64,000 nt of DNA from Alkalispirochaeta sp. Lineage in GTDB: Bacteria; Spirochaetota; Spirochaetia; DSM-27196; Alkalispirochaetaceae. Every line of letters begins with the position of its first letter. The stretch's first letter is position 1. This document shows, piece after piece, positions 30,905 through 40,128 of the stretch. Location of the stretch: assembly GCA_965242725.1 (NCBI GenBank), contig CBDESZ010000018.1, positions 96,001-160,000 of the forward strand, read 5' to 3'. The notes beneath the pieces were generated by a model. It worked only from the letters and a program-made list of their open reading frames with translations. It was not told where the DNA came from and did not search any database. The translations under genes and the position numbers were made by a program.

Positions 30905-32576
30905 AGGCGGAGACGGCACGTTCTAGACGGCGGCGATGGTCCACTACCGCCCTGAGGAGACGGTGTCGTTGCGCCTCGGCCCATTCCCGGCGGTGGTTTA
31001 ACAGGGGCCATTGGGGAAGATCGTACCAGGAGAAGGCAAGGCCGTCATCAAGGAAGAGCGGTCGTTCCGGGTGCCGGAGAATCTCTTCCTGCACGCGGAT
31101 GCGTTCCAGGTAAGCCACGACGCTCCGCCGACGGCGTTCCTGCAACTCACCCATCATTGTCGACGGGTATGAAGAAGGCGCGGAAAGGTACGCCCCGTTG
31201 CCGCCGGCCCGGAAAGAATCCGATGAAGACCTTCCGTGCCATTTTGCAAGCCAGCGGCGCCCTTCATCTGCCGTTACTCCGGCGCCGCCGATCGGCACGC
31301 CTTGTGCCATGGGCTGTATGAATGCCGTTGCCTCTCGTGAGTGTTCCCCGCCGCCGAAGGACGTATTGATGAGCCGTTCCATCTGCCGTGCCTGCGCCTC
31401 AAGTACACCGTCGACTACCGCGCTGCTGCCGTCTCTCAATGTCCCGCGTTTCCAGGGTCGCATGGTCCACGCCGCGGGACCGTCGTTGCCGGATACCCGG
31501 GTCGATTCGCCAAGTATTCTGCGGTGATGTGTCGCCAGTGTTGCATGGGTGCGGGGAAGTCGGTACCAGAAATCAAGTCCTATCGCGAGAATTTCCCGTA
31601 CGCCGATCACTCTGCCCAGAATTTCAACCGCCGACGGCGCGACCGATCCGCGGGGCGGTACGACGGGGAAACCTGCCGTTACATCCGAGGAAAGCAGCTC
31701 CAATTGAGAAAACCGTGTCGTAAAGAGAAAACGCCGCTCCGGCGGAAAGCGCCGGACGATCGCATGGTGTGTCGTCACGTCGGCGACGAGGATCGTTTTA
31801 TCCCACCGCCACGGCATGAAGTCGGCAGCGTTAACCAGCTGACCATCCATGGAAAAGGCGATATCCGCCGTCAGTCCCGCTGCCGCGAGCGCCGGCAGCG
31901 CCGTATCGACGGCGACGATCGGTATATCCGCCTCCGCCGCTTCTGCGATAAGGGAAAGGTTCCGATCAAGACTCGGGCCGGCCCCGACGAGAACGGCGGC
32001 TGTACCGGACAGATGGCCGAGGGCTGCAAAGTCCATCGTCAGGCGGGGCGCGTTTTTCCAGATATTGGCAACCCATCTCCTGCCGAGGCGTATTTCCGTC
32101 CCCCGGTTCTGCCAGTGTTGCTGCACCAGGGAGGTCGTCATTTCCGTCGCGTCTTCAAACTCCCGACGATGCAGTCGCGCGCCGCCGCTCACATAGAGGG
32201 GCGATACATTCCGGATCGCCCGCTCAGAAATGAACCGTTCAGCCGCTGCGGCGACGGCGGCGTGGTCGCCGGCCCAGGGGGCGGTTCGTATGATATCGGG
32301 AGCTCCGGGATTGAAACGCAATCGGGCAAGGGCGTCTTCGTACTCAACCAGCAGCACCGCAGAGGTGCGCGGCACCGCGCGGATGAAATCCTCGAGACCT
32401 TCACCGAGGAGGGGCGAAAAGAGAAGGTAGAGAGTCTGTTCCTTAATTTCAGGGGGAGTGCGTCTCCGTTGTGATTGAATCGGATCGGCACCGAGAAGGG
32501 GGCGTTCCTTCCAGTAGACCTGGACACCCCCGGGCCCCGTAACGAGACGAGGCCGGGAGTCTCCGTCGGCGTCCAT
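30882..32576 (-). CDS. Maf / DUF115 (MptE-like) family protein
   Basis: AVLVGAGPSL, IVAVDTAL, FSMDGQ, RGSVA, AIGLDF..THA signature. Confidence 0.75.
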   Translation of the reverse strand: MDADGDSRPRLVTGPGGVQVYWKERPLLGADPIQSQRRRTPPEIKEQTLYLLFSPLLGEGLEDFIRAVPRTSAVLLVEYEDALARLRFNPGAPDIIRTAPWAGDHAAVAAAAERFISERAIRNVSPLYVSGGARLHRREFEDATEMTTSLVQQHWQNRGTEIRLGRRWVANIWKNAPRLTMDFAALGHLSGTAAVLVGAGPSLDRNLSLIAEAAEADIPIVAVDTALPALAAAGLTADIAFSMDGQLVNAADFMPWRWDKTILVADVTTHHAIVRRFPPERRFLFTTRFSQLELLSSDVTAGFPVVPPRGSVAPSAVEILGRVIGVREILAIGLDFWYRLPRTHATLATHHRRILGESTRVSGNDGPAAWTMRPWKRGTLRDGSSAVVDGVLEAQARQMERLINTSFGGGEHSREATAFIQPMAQGVPIGGAGVTADEGRRWLAKWHGRSSSDSFRAGGNGAYLSAPSSYPSTMMGELQERRRRSVVAYLERIRVQEEILRHPERPLFLDDGLAFSWYDLPQWPLLNHRREWAEAQRHRLLRAVVDHRRRLERAVSAFTLQDFL

Positions 32577-32582
32577 GGCCGG

Positions 32583-34079
32583 TTAATTCCCTATGACATA
32601 ACGCTGAAACGCCGCGTTGAAGTTGTCGTCAAGCAAATCTTCATCGATAAAGGCGTCTTCCACGCCCTGAGCGTACAGCTGACGGGCGATTGCGTCGTAG
32701 TATTCGGTAATGAACTGTTGATCCTCTTCCGTCGCGGGACGCTCGTCCCGGACGGTCATGACGATCGCCGCCTGCCGCAATACAACCGGTTCACTGACTT
32801 CTCCGTCGTTGATGCTGAAGGCCGCCTCAAAAAAACTTTGCCGATACGCTCCGTCGGAAAGCTCGGGGACCTCTTCACTCCGGATCTGCGGGAAAATCTG
32901 CATATTCCCGTAGTTAATGGGGAAATATTCCGTCGTATAGACCTCTCGACCCGCTTCCGCAACGGCGACACTGAATCCGTCCGCCTCGGCGGTTGCCACA
33001 AACTGATCCGCCCGGTCGCGCACAAAGTCCTGGATACGGCCCTGTTCATAGACCTGCATGTATGAACGTCCTTCCTCCAGGATAGCCTCGTCGGTAATCG
33101 AAGGCGTCTGCGGGGAGGTGAGGGCGAGGTAAAATGACCATCCCGAAGTCGTCTCGACCGGTTCGCTGATCTCGCCTTCCTGAAGGTTGAGAATGGTATC
33201 CAGTGATGCCGGATTCGTCAGTTCCTGCTGCAGTTCATAGCCATATATTTCACCGATCTCTCCGTCCTGATCGGCGTACAGATCACGGGAATAGGTTCTC
33301 GCCAGATTGCCGAAGGGATTGCCCTGAGAGCGCGCTTCTTCGCGTATGCGCTCCGCCTCCTCCCGGTCTGAAAGGGTGATGACTGCAAGGTCGACCACGG
33401 TAAAGAGATCTTCGTTCTCTCCGACAAATTGTACGACCTGATCCTCGGGAAACTCGGAAAATGGAAACCGAACGACGTCGAATGAACGCTGTGGTCCCGT
33501 CATTGCCGCCACAAAGTCGCGTTCGGCGGAACTGAACTGGGCGCCCGTGAGGGTATCCTGAATGATCCGGTCAAAGACTGCATTTTCCCGATGGAAATTC
33601 CGCAGGGAGAATCGCTCCTGGTTGCTTGTATTGCGATACGCTTCGGCGTCAAACCGCCCGTTGACGGTAAAGCGGGGATCCTGGGCGATCATTTCATCGA
33701 TCTTGTCTTCAGATACAACGACACCCGCTTCTTCGGCGATATGCTGAACCGCCTTGTGGAGAACAGTCCGGTTAAACGCTTCCCGCCAGGCAAGACGCAG
33801 CTGAAGTTCCAGGTTGTCGCTGTTGCCGGAGTCCCGCAGCGACTGGGCAATTACTTCATATTGCCTGGCAAAAAAATTGCCGGGCTGATACATGATATCC
33901 TCACCGTCATACTGTCCAAAAACGGGACGATTGCTTCCGACGGTGGATGTCGCCACAGGGGCGCCGATAAACGTCACGACGACGATAATTAAGATGACCA
34001 CACTCCCGATATACAGCCATGTATTGCGTGTAAAAGGTGTTCGGGGCGGCTTCTTGTCTGTTTCCTTTGGCTCGGCCAT
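32583..34079 (-). CDS. SurA/PpiD-like membrane-anchored periplasmic chaperone with parvulin-like domain
   Basis: N-terminal TM helix, SurA-N-like helices, FGNLARTYSRD..GEIG, GEISEPVET. Confidence 0.75.
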   Translation of the reverse strand: MAEPKETDKKPPRTPFTRNTWLYIGSVVILIIVVVTFIGAPVATSTVGSNRPVFGQYDGEDIMYQPGNFFARQYEVIAQSLRDSGNSDNLELQLRLAWREAFNRTVLHKAVQHIAEEAGVVVSEDKIDEMIAQDPRFTVNGRFDAEAYRNTSNQERFSLRNFHRENAVFDRIIQDTLTGAQFSSAERDFVAAMTGPQRSFDVVRFPFSEFPEDQVVQFVGENEDLFTVVDLAVITLSDREEAERIREEARSQGNPFGNLARTYSRDLYADQDGEIGEIYGYELQQELTNPASLDTILNLQEGEISEPVETTSGWSFYLALTSPQTPSITDEAILEEGRSYMQVYEQGRIQDFVRDRADQFVATAEADGFSVAVAEAGREVYTTEYFPINYGNMQIFPQIRSEEVPELSDGAYRQSFFEAAFSINDGEVSEPVVLRQAAIVMTVRDERPATEEDQQFITEYYDAIARQLYAQGVEDAFIDEDLLDDNFNAAFQRYVIGN

Positions 34080-34121
34080 AGAAGCGTTCTATTCCTCTCT
34101 GAATAAGTAATTGAGAGCGAA

Positions 34122-34150
34122 ACGGTAGCACGTGGTCCGGGGGCTGTCAA
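34122..34150 (-). promoter_or_regulatory. sigma70 promoter of the ppiD-like/maf operon
   Basis: Minus strand TTGACA-N17-TACCGT with extended TG. Confidence 0.55.
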
Positions 34151-34243
34151 TGAAGTCAATCCCGGATGCGACGCGACCGTCGACATCCGCCAGGTGGTTG
34201 ACCGGAGTGACCGCCTCTGGTATTGTCCCTTCTATACTAATTT

Positions 34244-34316
34244 CGGGCTGTAGCGCAGGGGCTAGCGCGCGCCGTTCGGGACGGTGAGGTCGGAGGTTCA
34301 AATCCTCTCAGCCCGA
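34244..34316 (+). tRNA. tRNA-Pro(CGG)
   Basis: Acceptor CGGGCTG/CAGCCCG, anticodon arm CGCCG-TTCGGGA-CGGTG, T-loop TTCAAAT. Confidence 0.93.
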
Positions 34317-34341
34317 CGTACGATCCGTCGTTATTTGATCG

Positions 34342-34377
34342 AAAAAAAAGGGTGAACACGTTCACCCTTTTTCTTTT
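34342..34377 (+). terminator. Intrinsic (bidirectional) terminator
   Basis: A-tract, GGGTGAA-CACG-TTCACCC hairpin, T-tract. Confidence 0.85.
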
Positions 34378-34498
34378 GGTGGTCCTTCATTCTGTTCGCC
34401 CGCAACGGTTTGTATCGGCGTTTCCCGTCCGGAGAGCTTCACCATGAGGGGGCTCAATATTTCGGCTCATAATGCCGACGCTTGTATCGGAAGACGTT

Positions 34499-35386
34499 AT
34501 GAAAAAAACAGGAATTCTGGCACTTGCCATCGCCGCATTCTGCGCTGTTCCCGCATCATCGCAACTCATACAGCATGAAGTACGACAGGGCGAGACGTTG
34601 TACGGCATCGCGCGGCGTTACGATCTGACGGTCAATCAATTGACGACAAACAACAGTCTGGAGTCGCCGGATTTTCTCCTGCCCGGTACGGTACTTGTCA
34701 TTCCCAATCGGTATCGCGTTGAACGAGGGGATACCCTCTATTCAATTGCCCGCCGGTTCGGAACGACGGTGGAATCGCTGATCGCGGACAATGGCCTCTC
34801 AACCTCTGAGATCAGGATCGGCCAGATCGTGACCGTTCCTGCCGGCTCGGAACGTCGTGTCGCCTCGGAGGAGGGTGAAACTGATCCGGGTACCGATGAC
34901 TCCGGGAAAGACGCCGAAAACGGGGTAACTACCTCCACGAACCAGAATGAAGGTCCCTCTCCAAAGGAAACTCCCGACGGAGAGGAACGCATAGTCGTTG
35001 CGGCTGAAATCTCCCGGCCGCTGCAATTCTCGGAAGGTGGAATCTGGCCCGTCGTCGGAAATCGCCGCACCCTTGAAGGTAAGCTCCCGGGCATCATGAT
35101 ACGCGCCGACCGGGGTGCCCCGGTCTACGCCGTCGCAAAGGGGCGCGTTGTATACGCCGGTCCGCACACCACCTTTGGGAATGTCGTGTTCATACAGTCG
35201 AGTCAGGATTACATATACGTCTACGGCGGGCAGGAGTCCATACAGGTCGCCGTGGGAGACCTCGTAGATGCGGGGACGACGATCGGCTCCGTCGGAATAT
35301 CACCATCGGAGGGCCACGCGGCGCTTTATTTCACCGTTTGGAGAAACAATAGATTCATCGATCCTGAATCGGCTCCGAGAGGCTGA
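34499..35386 (+). CDS. LysM x2 plus degenerate M23 domain protein (NlpD-like)
   Basis: Signal peptide, two LysM repeats (VRQGETLYGIA, VERGDTLYSIA); the M23 fold lacks the HxxxD and HxH ligands. Confidence 0.85.
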   Translation: MKKTGILALAIAAFCAVPASSQLIQHEVRQGETLYGIARRYDLTVNQLTTNNSLESPDFLLPGTVLVIPNRYRVERGDTLYSIARRFGTTVESLIADNGLSTSEIRIGQIVTVPAGSERRVASEEGETDPGTDDSGKDAENGVTTSTNQNEGPSPKETPDGEERIVVAAEISRPLQFSEGGIWPVVGNRRTLEGKLPGIMIRADRGAPVYAVAKGRVVYAGPHTTFGNVVFIQSSQDYIYVYGGQESIQVAVGDLVDAGTTIGSVGISPSEGHAALYFTVWRNNRFIDPESAPRG

Positions 35387-35446
35387 CCCCGCCGGGCGAC
35401 CGCAACGGCACGGTGTCCCGGATTCATGTGTACCATCGACCCTGTT

Positions 35447-35475
35447 TTGGATTTCCACGATATTCGTGGTACAAT
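35447..35475 (+). promoter_or_regulatory. Candidate promoter of the sigma factor gene, with inverted repeat in the spacer
   Basis: TTGGAT-N17-TACAAT with extended TG; CCACGA-TAT-TCGTGG at 35455-35469. Confidence 0.5.
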
Positions 35476-35519
35476 ACAGGAGTAATAAAGTAACTTTGAT
35501 CAATATGTCGGGGGCAATC

Positions 35520-36509
35520 ATGGATGTACCAACCGGGGGAGGCAACAACGGTCGCACGAGGCGACGCGATTTTGCCGCGACAATAACGTCTATAGACGGA
35601 GACGCCGTACTCGAGGGAGATACCGATCCGTTGGCGTTCTATCTTAAACAGATATCCGGCTATCCGCTCCTCGACGTACGACAGGAACAGGAAATAGGAA
35701 AAAAAATTCAGGATCTCAGAAAAGAAATCGAGAGGTGCCACGAGTCCGATCCTGAAACGCAACCGCCCAGGGATCTGGTGGAGGAGTTGCGGTATTACAA
35801 ATCGCGCATGATCAACTCCAATCTGCGCCTAGTTGTGTCAATCGCAAAAAAATACCAGCATCGGGGGCTTTCTCTCCTCGATCTCATCGATGAAGGTAAT
35901 ATCGGTCTTATAGAAGCGGTGGAGCGTTTTGATTACACAAGAGGATGCCGCTTTTCCACCTACGGTACGTGGTGGATCAGACAGGCGATCATAAAAAGCC
36001 TGGCCGACAAGGGGCGGGTCATCCGCATACCCGTCCATATGCTCAATACCATTAAAAAGTGCTTCTATGTTGCAAAGCACCTGACTCAGGAACTCGGACG
36101 GGATCCGGCAAGCGCGGAAATGTCGGAATATCTCAATGTCGCGCCGGAGAGGGTGCAGGAAATCATGCGCCTCTCCCAGGATACGACTTCATTGGATGTG
36201 ACGATAGACGATGACAGCTACACCCGCCTCTCCGATCTCATTGAGGATGAAATGCAGGTGCAGCCCTTTGACCTCGTATTCAACATGACCCTTCAGGACA
36301 CGATCGAAGAAGTGCTTGAGCAGCTGAGCGAACGGGAAATGCGTATCATAAAGCTGCGGTTCGGATTGGGTGGAGAAGGCCCCTACACACTGGAGGAGAC
36401 GGGAAAGTTTCTCGGTATCACCCGGGAGCGGGTCAGACAGATACAGGAAAAGGCGATAGAAAAACTGCGAGAAAATTTTCTCATTCAGGATCTGCAAAAT
36501 CAATACTGA
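35520..36509 (+). CDS. RpoD/RpoS-family (group 2-like) sigma70 factor lacking region 1.1
   Basis: Region 1.2 DPLAFYLKQI, region 2 NLRLVVSIAKKY..RFSTYGTWWIRQAI, region 4 TLEETG..TRERVRQIQ; start may be 35505 or 35520. Confidence 0.9.
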   Translation: MDVPTGGGNNGRTRRRDFAATITSIDGDAVLEGDTDPLAFYLKQISGYPLLDVRQEQEIGKKIQDLRKEIERCHESDPETQPPRDLVEELRYYKSRMINSNLRLVVSIAKKYQHRGLSLLDLIDEGNIGLIEAVERFDYTRGCRFSTYGTWWIRQAIIKSLADKGRVIRIPVHMLNTIKKCFYVAKHLTQELGRDPASAEMSEYLNVAPERVQEIMRLSQDTTSLDVTIDDDSYTRLSDLIEDEMQVQPFDLVFNMTLQDTIEEVLEQLSEREMRIIKLRFGLGGEGPYTLEETGKFLGITRERVRQIQEKAIEKLRENFLIQDLQNQY

Positions 36510-37230
36510 AGAGGAATCTCCCGTACGGACGGGGGGCGGCGACGACGGAAAGAGCAGCCTCATGGACGGCATCCGCCGTCCGAAAGACGACATCGCATTT
36601 GAAGCGCTCGGCGCGGTGGACGAAGCGCAGGTGACCCTCGGCGTATGCCGGTCCCTTGCCCTCGACTATTGTACCGCTGTCGCCGATGCCGCAGGGGAGA
36701 CGTCGTCCCCCGGAGCGTCGGTCTTTCCGGGAAACGGTCTCTTCAGAAGACGACGCCCTGGAAAATCGACGATTCCATCGGCGAATGGTGCGAAAAGTGG
36801 TGGAGATTCACACGATGTGTCCCCGTCTGACGTGGTCGACCGTCTCAAGCGACTATCAGGAGACCTCTCGGTCATTCAGAAGGACCTGCTCATTGCAGGG
36901 GGGATACTGTCCTCCTCGCCTGGCGATGCACTGCCTGATACGATGGCGCGTATCGACGATGCGCGTATAAGGGATCTGGGCCGGATATTTGACCGCTGGC
37001 GAGGGGAGGTACATATTGAACCGCGTTTTTTCATCGCCGGTGAAAGCAGACTGGGAGCAGAACTGGACCGTGCGAGGACGGTTGTCCGTCGCGCCGAACG
37101 GCGGGTGGCTACCCTCATTCGTGAACGGGGAAACCGGGAGCAGATACCGGTTTCACGATACCTGAATCAATTGAGCGACCTCTGCTTTGTCGTTGCCCGC
37201 TGGGCCGACTCGGTACTGCCGCTCACATGA
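36499..37230 (+). CDS. PduO-type ATP:cob(I)alamin adenosyltransferase
   Basis: TGGGDDGKSSL motif lies upstream of the first ATG (36562); EALGAVDE, ARTVVRRAER, YLNQLSDLCFVVAR; true start unresolved. Confidence 0.8.
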   Translation: MNTEEESPVRTGGGDDGKSSLMDGIRRPKDDIAFEALGAVDEAQVTLGVCRSLALDYCTAVADAAGETSSPGASVFPGNGLFRRRRPGKSTIPSANGAKSGGDSHDVSPSDVVDRLKRLSGDLSVIQKDLLIAGGILSSSPGDALPDTMARIDDARIRDLGRIFDRWRGEVHIEPRFFIAGESRLGAELDRARTVVRRAERRVATLIRERGNREQIPVSRYLNQLSDLCFVVARWADSVLPLT

Positions 37231-37718
37231 ACGCCGTGGGAAAATCGGAGATCCCACTGTACCATTGCGTCGCCGGCAAACACCATATGACCGTCGACGG
37301 AATGGCCGTCCAGGACGTGGGGAAGCCAATGGGCGTCGTCCTCCCACATGCGGTGATATGGAATGGCACCTTCATCGGTCCAGAATGGGACCGCCTCGTC
37401 CGTTTCAACCATTGATCCGCTCCAGCGGGTACCTGAGAATACGATGACCTCCAGGTTGTATCCGTCGGTAAAGGCAAAACGGAGGCGACCGTTGTCGACG
37501 AGATCACGGGGAGAGAGTCCGACTTCCTCCGTCGTCTCCCGTATTGCAGCTTCCACCGGCGTTTCTCCCGCTTCAACCTTTCCGCCCGGTGCGTTGATCT
37601 TCCCGGCTCCCAGACCGCGTTTCTTTTCGATGAGGAGTACTTTTCCTGTTCGGGTATTTCGCAAAAAACAGAGCACCGCCCGCTCGGTCGGGCGGTAGTC
37701 GGACCAATCAAAAGACAT
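37167..37718 (-). CDS. NUDIX hydrolase, 8-oxo-dGTPase (MTH1-like)
   Basis: KKRGLGAG, Nudix box GGKVEAGETPVEAAIRETTEEVG, MWEDD..WLP. Confidence 0.9.
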   Translation of the reverse strand: MSFDWSDYRPTERAVLCFLRNTRTGKVLLIEKKRGLGAGKINAPGGKVEAGETPVEAAIRETTEEVGLSPRDLVDNGRLRFAFTDGYNLEVIVFSGTRWSGSMVETDEAVPFWTDEGAIPYHRMWEDDAHWLPHVLDGHSVDGHMVFAGDAMVQWDLRFSHGVHVSGSTESAQRATTKQRSLN

Positions 37719-37757
37719 ACGGTCAAGAGTACCATATGATTATCCGAGAGAATATAC

Positions 37758-38030
37758 ATGGCGGATGAGCAGGATCGGGCAGCCCATGAACTGATCGCGG
37801 AAATATACGGCACGATAAGTGCGCTCCGGGAAGACGGTCGTGAAGCTACTGCAATAGTACTTCCCCCGGAACACTATCGCATACTCCAGGAGTACCGGCG
37901 CCGCATCGGATCGGTTCCGGAAGGTCTGCCCGATTATCTGGGGCAATATGACCTATTCGGGATTCCGTTATATACTGACAACGGCGACAGAGTTCAAATT
38001 CGGGCGAAACGGATGGAAAAAAAGAGATGA
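37758..38030 (+). CDS. Hypothetical protein (90 aa)
   Basis: Natural composition; coupled to the next gene by an ATGA overlap. Confidence 0.65.
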   Translation: MADEQDRAAHELIAEIYGTISALREDGREATAIVLPPEHYRILQEYRRRIGSVPEGLPDYLGQYDLFGIPLYTDNGDRVQIRAKRMEKKR

Positions 38031-39895
38031 AACGTATCATCGCGGCATTGCTTATTTGTACTGTTTTCACAGTTCCCATGGTGATCGGACAACAACGGGG
38101 TATCGCCGGTGAACGGCTGACCGTCGTGCCGTTCGTCAACTCCACTGACGTACGCCAATGGGACAACCTTGCCCAGGCCATGACCGATTCGATATCACTT
38201 ACCCTTCGGCTGAGCGGTCAGTTTCGGATCGTACAAAGTCCCCCCGGCGGCGAAATAGACCCATATTCTCCGGATGGCCCCCTTCAGCTCTCGCGCCTCG
38301 TCCGGGAGCTTCGTCTCGATGCCGCGATCATCGGACGCATTACACCTCTTGAAAATGATCGGGTTGAGCTTGAAGCGGCGGTATACAGCAGGCAGTCGGG
38401 CACGATCATCGGAGCGGCAACGCGGGAAGCGTTTGGAGCTTTCGATATTCTCGATGCGGCGGACGAGCTCGTCGCCGTAGCTTCGTCCGCATTTCTCGGA
38501 TACAACGTCCAATTCGGCGCAATTGTCCTGAAACCGTCGCGTTCCGACGTACCCTTCAAAGTCATGGTGGACGGCATCGATGTCGGACGGAATGTGAGCT
38601 CTCTGCCGCAGATTCTCACCGGACGCCGGACGATAGAGATCGCCGTCATTACGTCTCGCGGTGAGCAGTATGTCTATTCCGCCGACCGTTTGATTCGGCC
38701 CGGAGAGGCCATTGAAGTCAACTTCGGCCTCCCCGCAGTGACGACTGAGGAACAGCGGCGGATCGACGCATCCCACGGGATCGCGGAAGACCTTCTCGGC
38801 AGGCCCGACCGCTTTCAGGTGGCCTTTGAGGCACTTGCGGAAAGCAGCGCACTCCTGGAGGACGCGATGCCCGATACCGTCGTTCGACTCAAGGAGCGGC
38901 AGGCACGACTGGAAACGCTGTGGCGCCTTGAGGAGGAGTTTCACCGTATCGATCCCGGAACATTTGCACGGGAGGGATCATATGTTCCCGGAGAGGCGTT
39001 GCAGCTTCTCCGTACAAGCGGCGACATGATCGCCCGAAACGCTCCGTTCCTTGGGGATGACGGTGTCAGGTCGCGGATTATGCGCAACGGACTTGCCGTT
39101 TACCATTTACTGCATATCGCCCGATCTGCCGCGTTCGGAGAGGGTGATTGGGAGCGGGCGGCGGCGATTCTCACGGATATGGAGGAGGTCGTTTCCCGTT
39201 ACGGTCTTGAGAATTCGGTGCAAATCGACGATGAGATTCAGACGTGGCAGCGTGCTCAGGGCGACGCCGAGGGGTACGGTCGCAGGAGCCGCCGCCCCTG
39301 GCCGTATATCGGATTTGTCGCCGGCGCCGGCGGTGTCGGGTTCGGCGGGTACATGTGGGCCGTAGACGTCATCGGCGGCTATAACGACCAGGGTGACGAC
39401 TACATGGCAAAGGCGGACGCGGCAGCTACCCAGGAAGAGGAGGACAGCTACCGCGATGACGCCCGGGACGAATACGACAAGGCGGACATGGCGGAAATTG
39501 TCCAGTTCACGAGTCTGATCGGCGGCGGTGTTCTCGCCGTACTCTCAGCGTGGCGAATCATCCACAATCGCAGAGCAGACGATCGCTTTCTGACGGAGTG
39601 GGCCACCGGACGATATGGTCAGGAGGTAACCCTGGCCGAGCGGATTTTCTCCCGCCGCTTTCAGGAAGCAGTCGCCGGGGGGATAGAGGGAAATGATCTG
39701 GACGTTGCGGAGACGCAGGTCCTCGTGGTAGGTCCGTCGGGCACCGTTGCCCATGTTGACGGACAACCGAGGGTGATTCCCTTTATCGTCGATGTCGACT
39801 CCGGGAAGACCCTGGGAATAGACCGGCCCCCTGTCGTCGATGCGGACCGAACACGAGTATATGAAGGCCCCTACGCGCTTCTGGTTCTTCAATAG
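38027..39895 (+). CDS. Exported/membrane hypothetical protein (TolB-N/CsgG-like N-terminus, PEGA-like segment, two C-terminal hydrophobic helices)
   Basis: Signal peptide; LTVVPFVNS..LAQAMTDSI; VMVDGIDVG; Gly-rich TM segments near the C-terminus. Confidence 0.55.
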   Translation: MKRIIAALLICTVFTVPMVIGQQRGIAGERLTVVPFVNSTDVRQWDNLAQAMTDSISLTLRLSGQFRIVQSPPGGEIDPYSPDGPLQLSRLVRELRLDAAIIGRITPLENDRVELEAAVYSRQSGTIIGAATREAFGAFDILDAADELVAVASSAFLGYNVQFGAIVLKPSRSDVPFKVMVDGIDVGRNVSSLPQILTGRRTIEIAVITSRGEQYVYSADRLIRPGEAIEVNFGLPAVTTEEQRRIDASHGIAEDLLGRPDRFQVAFEALAESSALLEDAMPDTVVRLKERQARLETLWRLEEEFHRIDPGTFAREGSYVPGEALQLLRTSGDMIARNAPFLGDDGVRSRIMRNGLAVYHLLHIARSAAFGEGDWERAAAILTDMEEVVSRYGLENSVQIDDEIQTWQRAQGDAEGYGRRSRRPWPYIGFVAGAGGVGFGGYMWAVDVIGGYNDQGDDYMAKADAAATQEEEDSYRDDARDEYDKADMAEIVQFTSLIGGGVLAVLSAWRIIHNRRADDRFLTEWATGRYGQEVTLAERIFSRRFQEAVAGGIEGNDLDVAETQVLVVGPSGTVAHVDGQPRVIPFIVDVDSGKTLGIDRPPVVDADRTRVYEGPYALLVLQ

Positions 39896-39933
39896 GCGCG
39901 TCGATTCTTTAGCGGCAACGTACCGCGTGGCAC

Positions 39934-39962
39934 TTGACAACCGCCGCCGTCTCGGATAGATT
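39934..39962 (+). promoter_or_regulatory. sigma70 promoter of tRNA-Gly
   Basis: TTGACA-N17-TAGATT. Confidence 0.7.
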
Positions 39963-39973
39963 ACGGCCCTCAA

Positions 39974-40045
39974 GCGAGCGTCGTATAATGGCTATTACCC
40001 CAGCCTTCCAAGCTGGAGATGTGGGTTCGATTCCCATCGCTCGCT
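39974..40045 (+). tRNA. tRNA-Gly(TCC)
   Basis: Acceptor GCGAGCG/CGCTCGC, anticodon arm CCAGC-CTTCCAA-GCTGG, T-loop TTCGATT. Confidence 0.96.
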
Positions 40046-40128
40046 CTTCTTTTTTTCTTCCGGATAATACTTTTTTTTGCCTCTTCACGGCGATTCACCG
40101 GGAATGCGGTATTTGATATACTCATTCC

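Noticed and set aside
35405..35422. GGCACG upstream of the sigma gene as a sigma54 promoter (Borrelia rpoS-like)
   Set aside because: No GC at the -12 position (GG-N10-CG), so the consensus fails.
37167..37230. 64-bp convergent overlap of pduO and the NUDIX gene as antisense regulation
   Set aside because: Explained by a non-conserved-looking NUDIX tail in a compact genome; nothing else supports a regulatory role.
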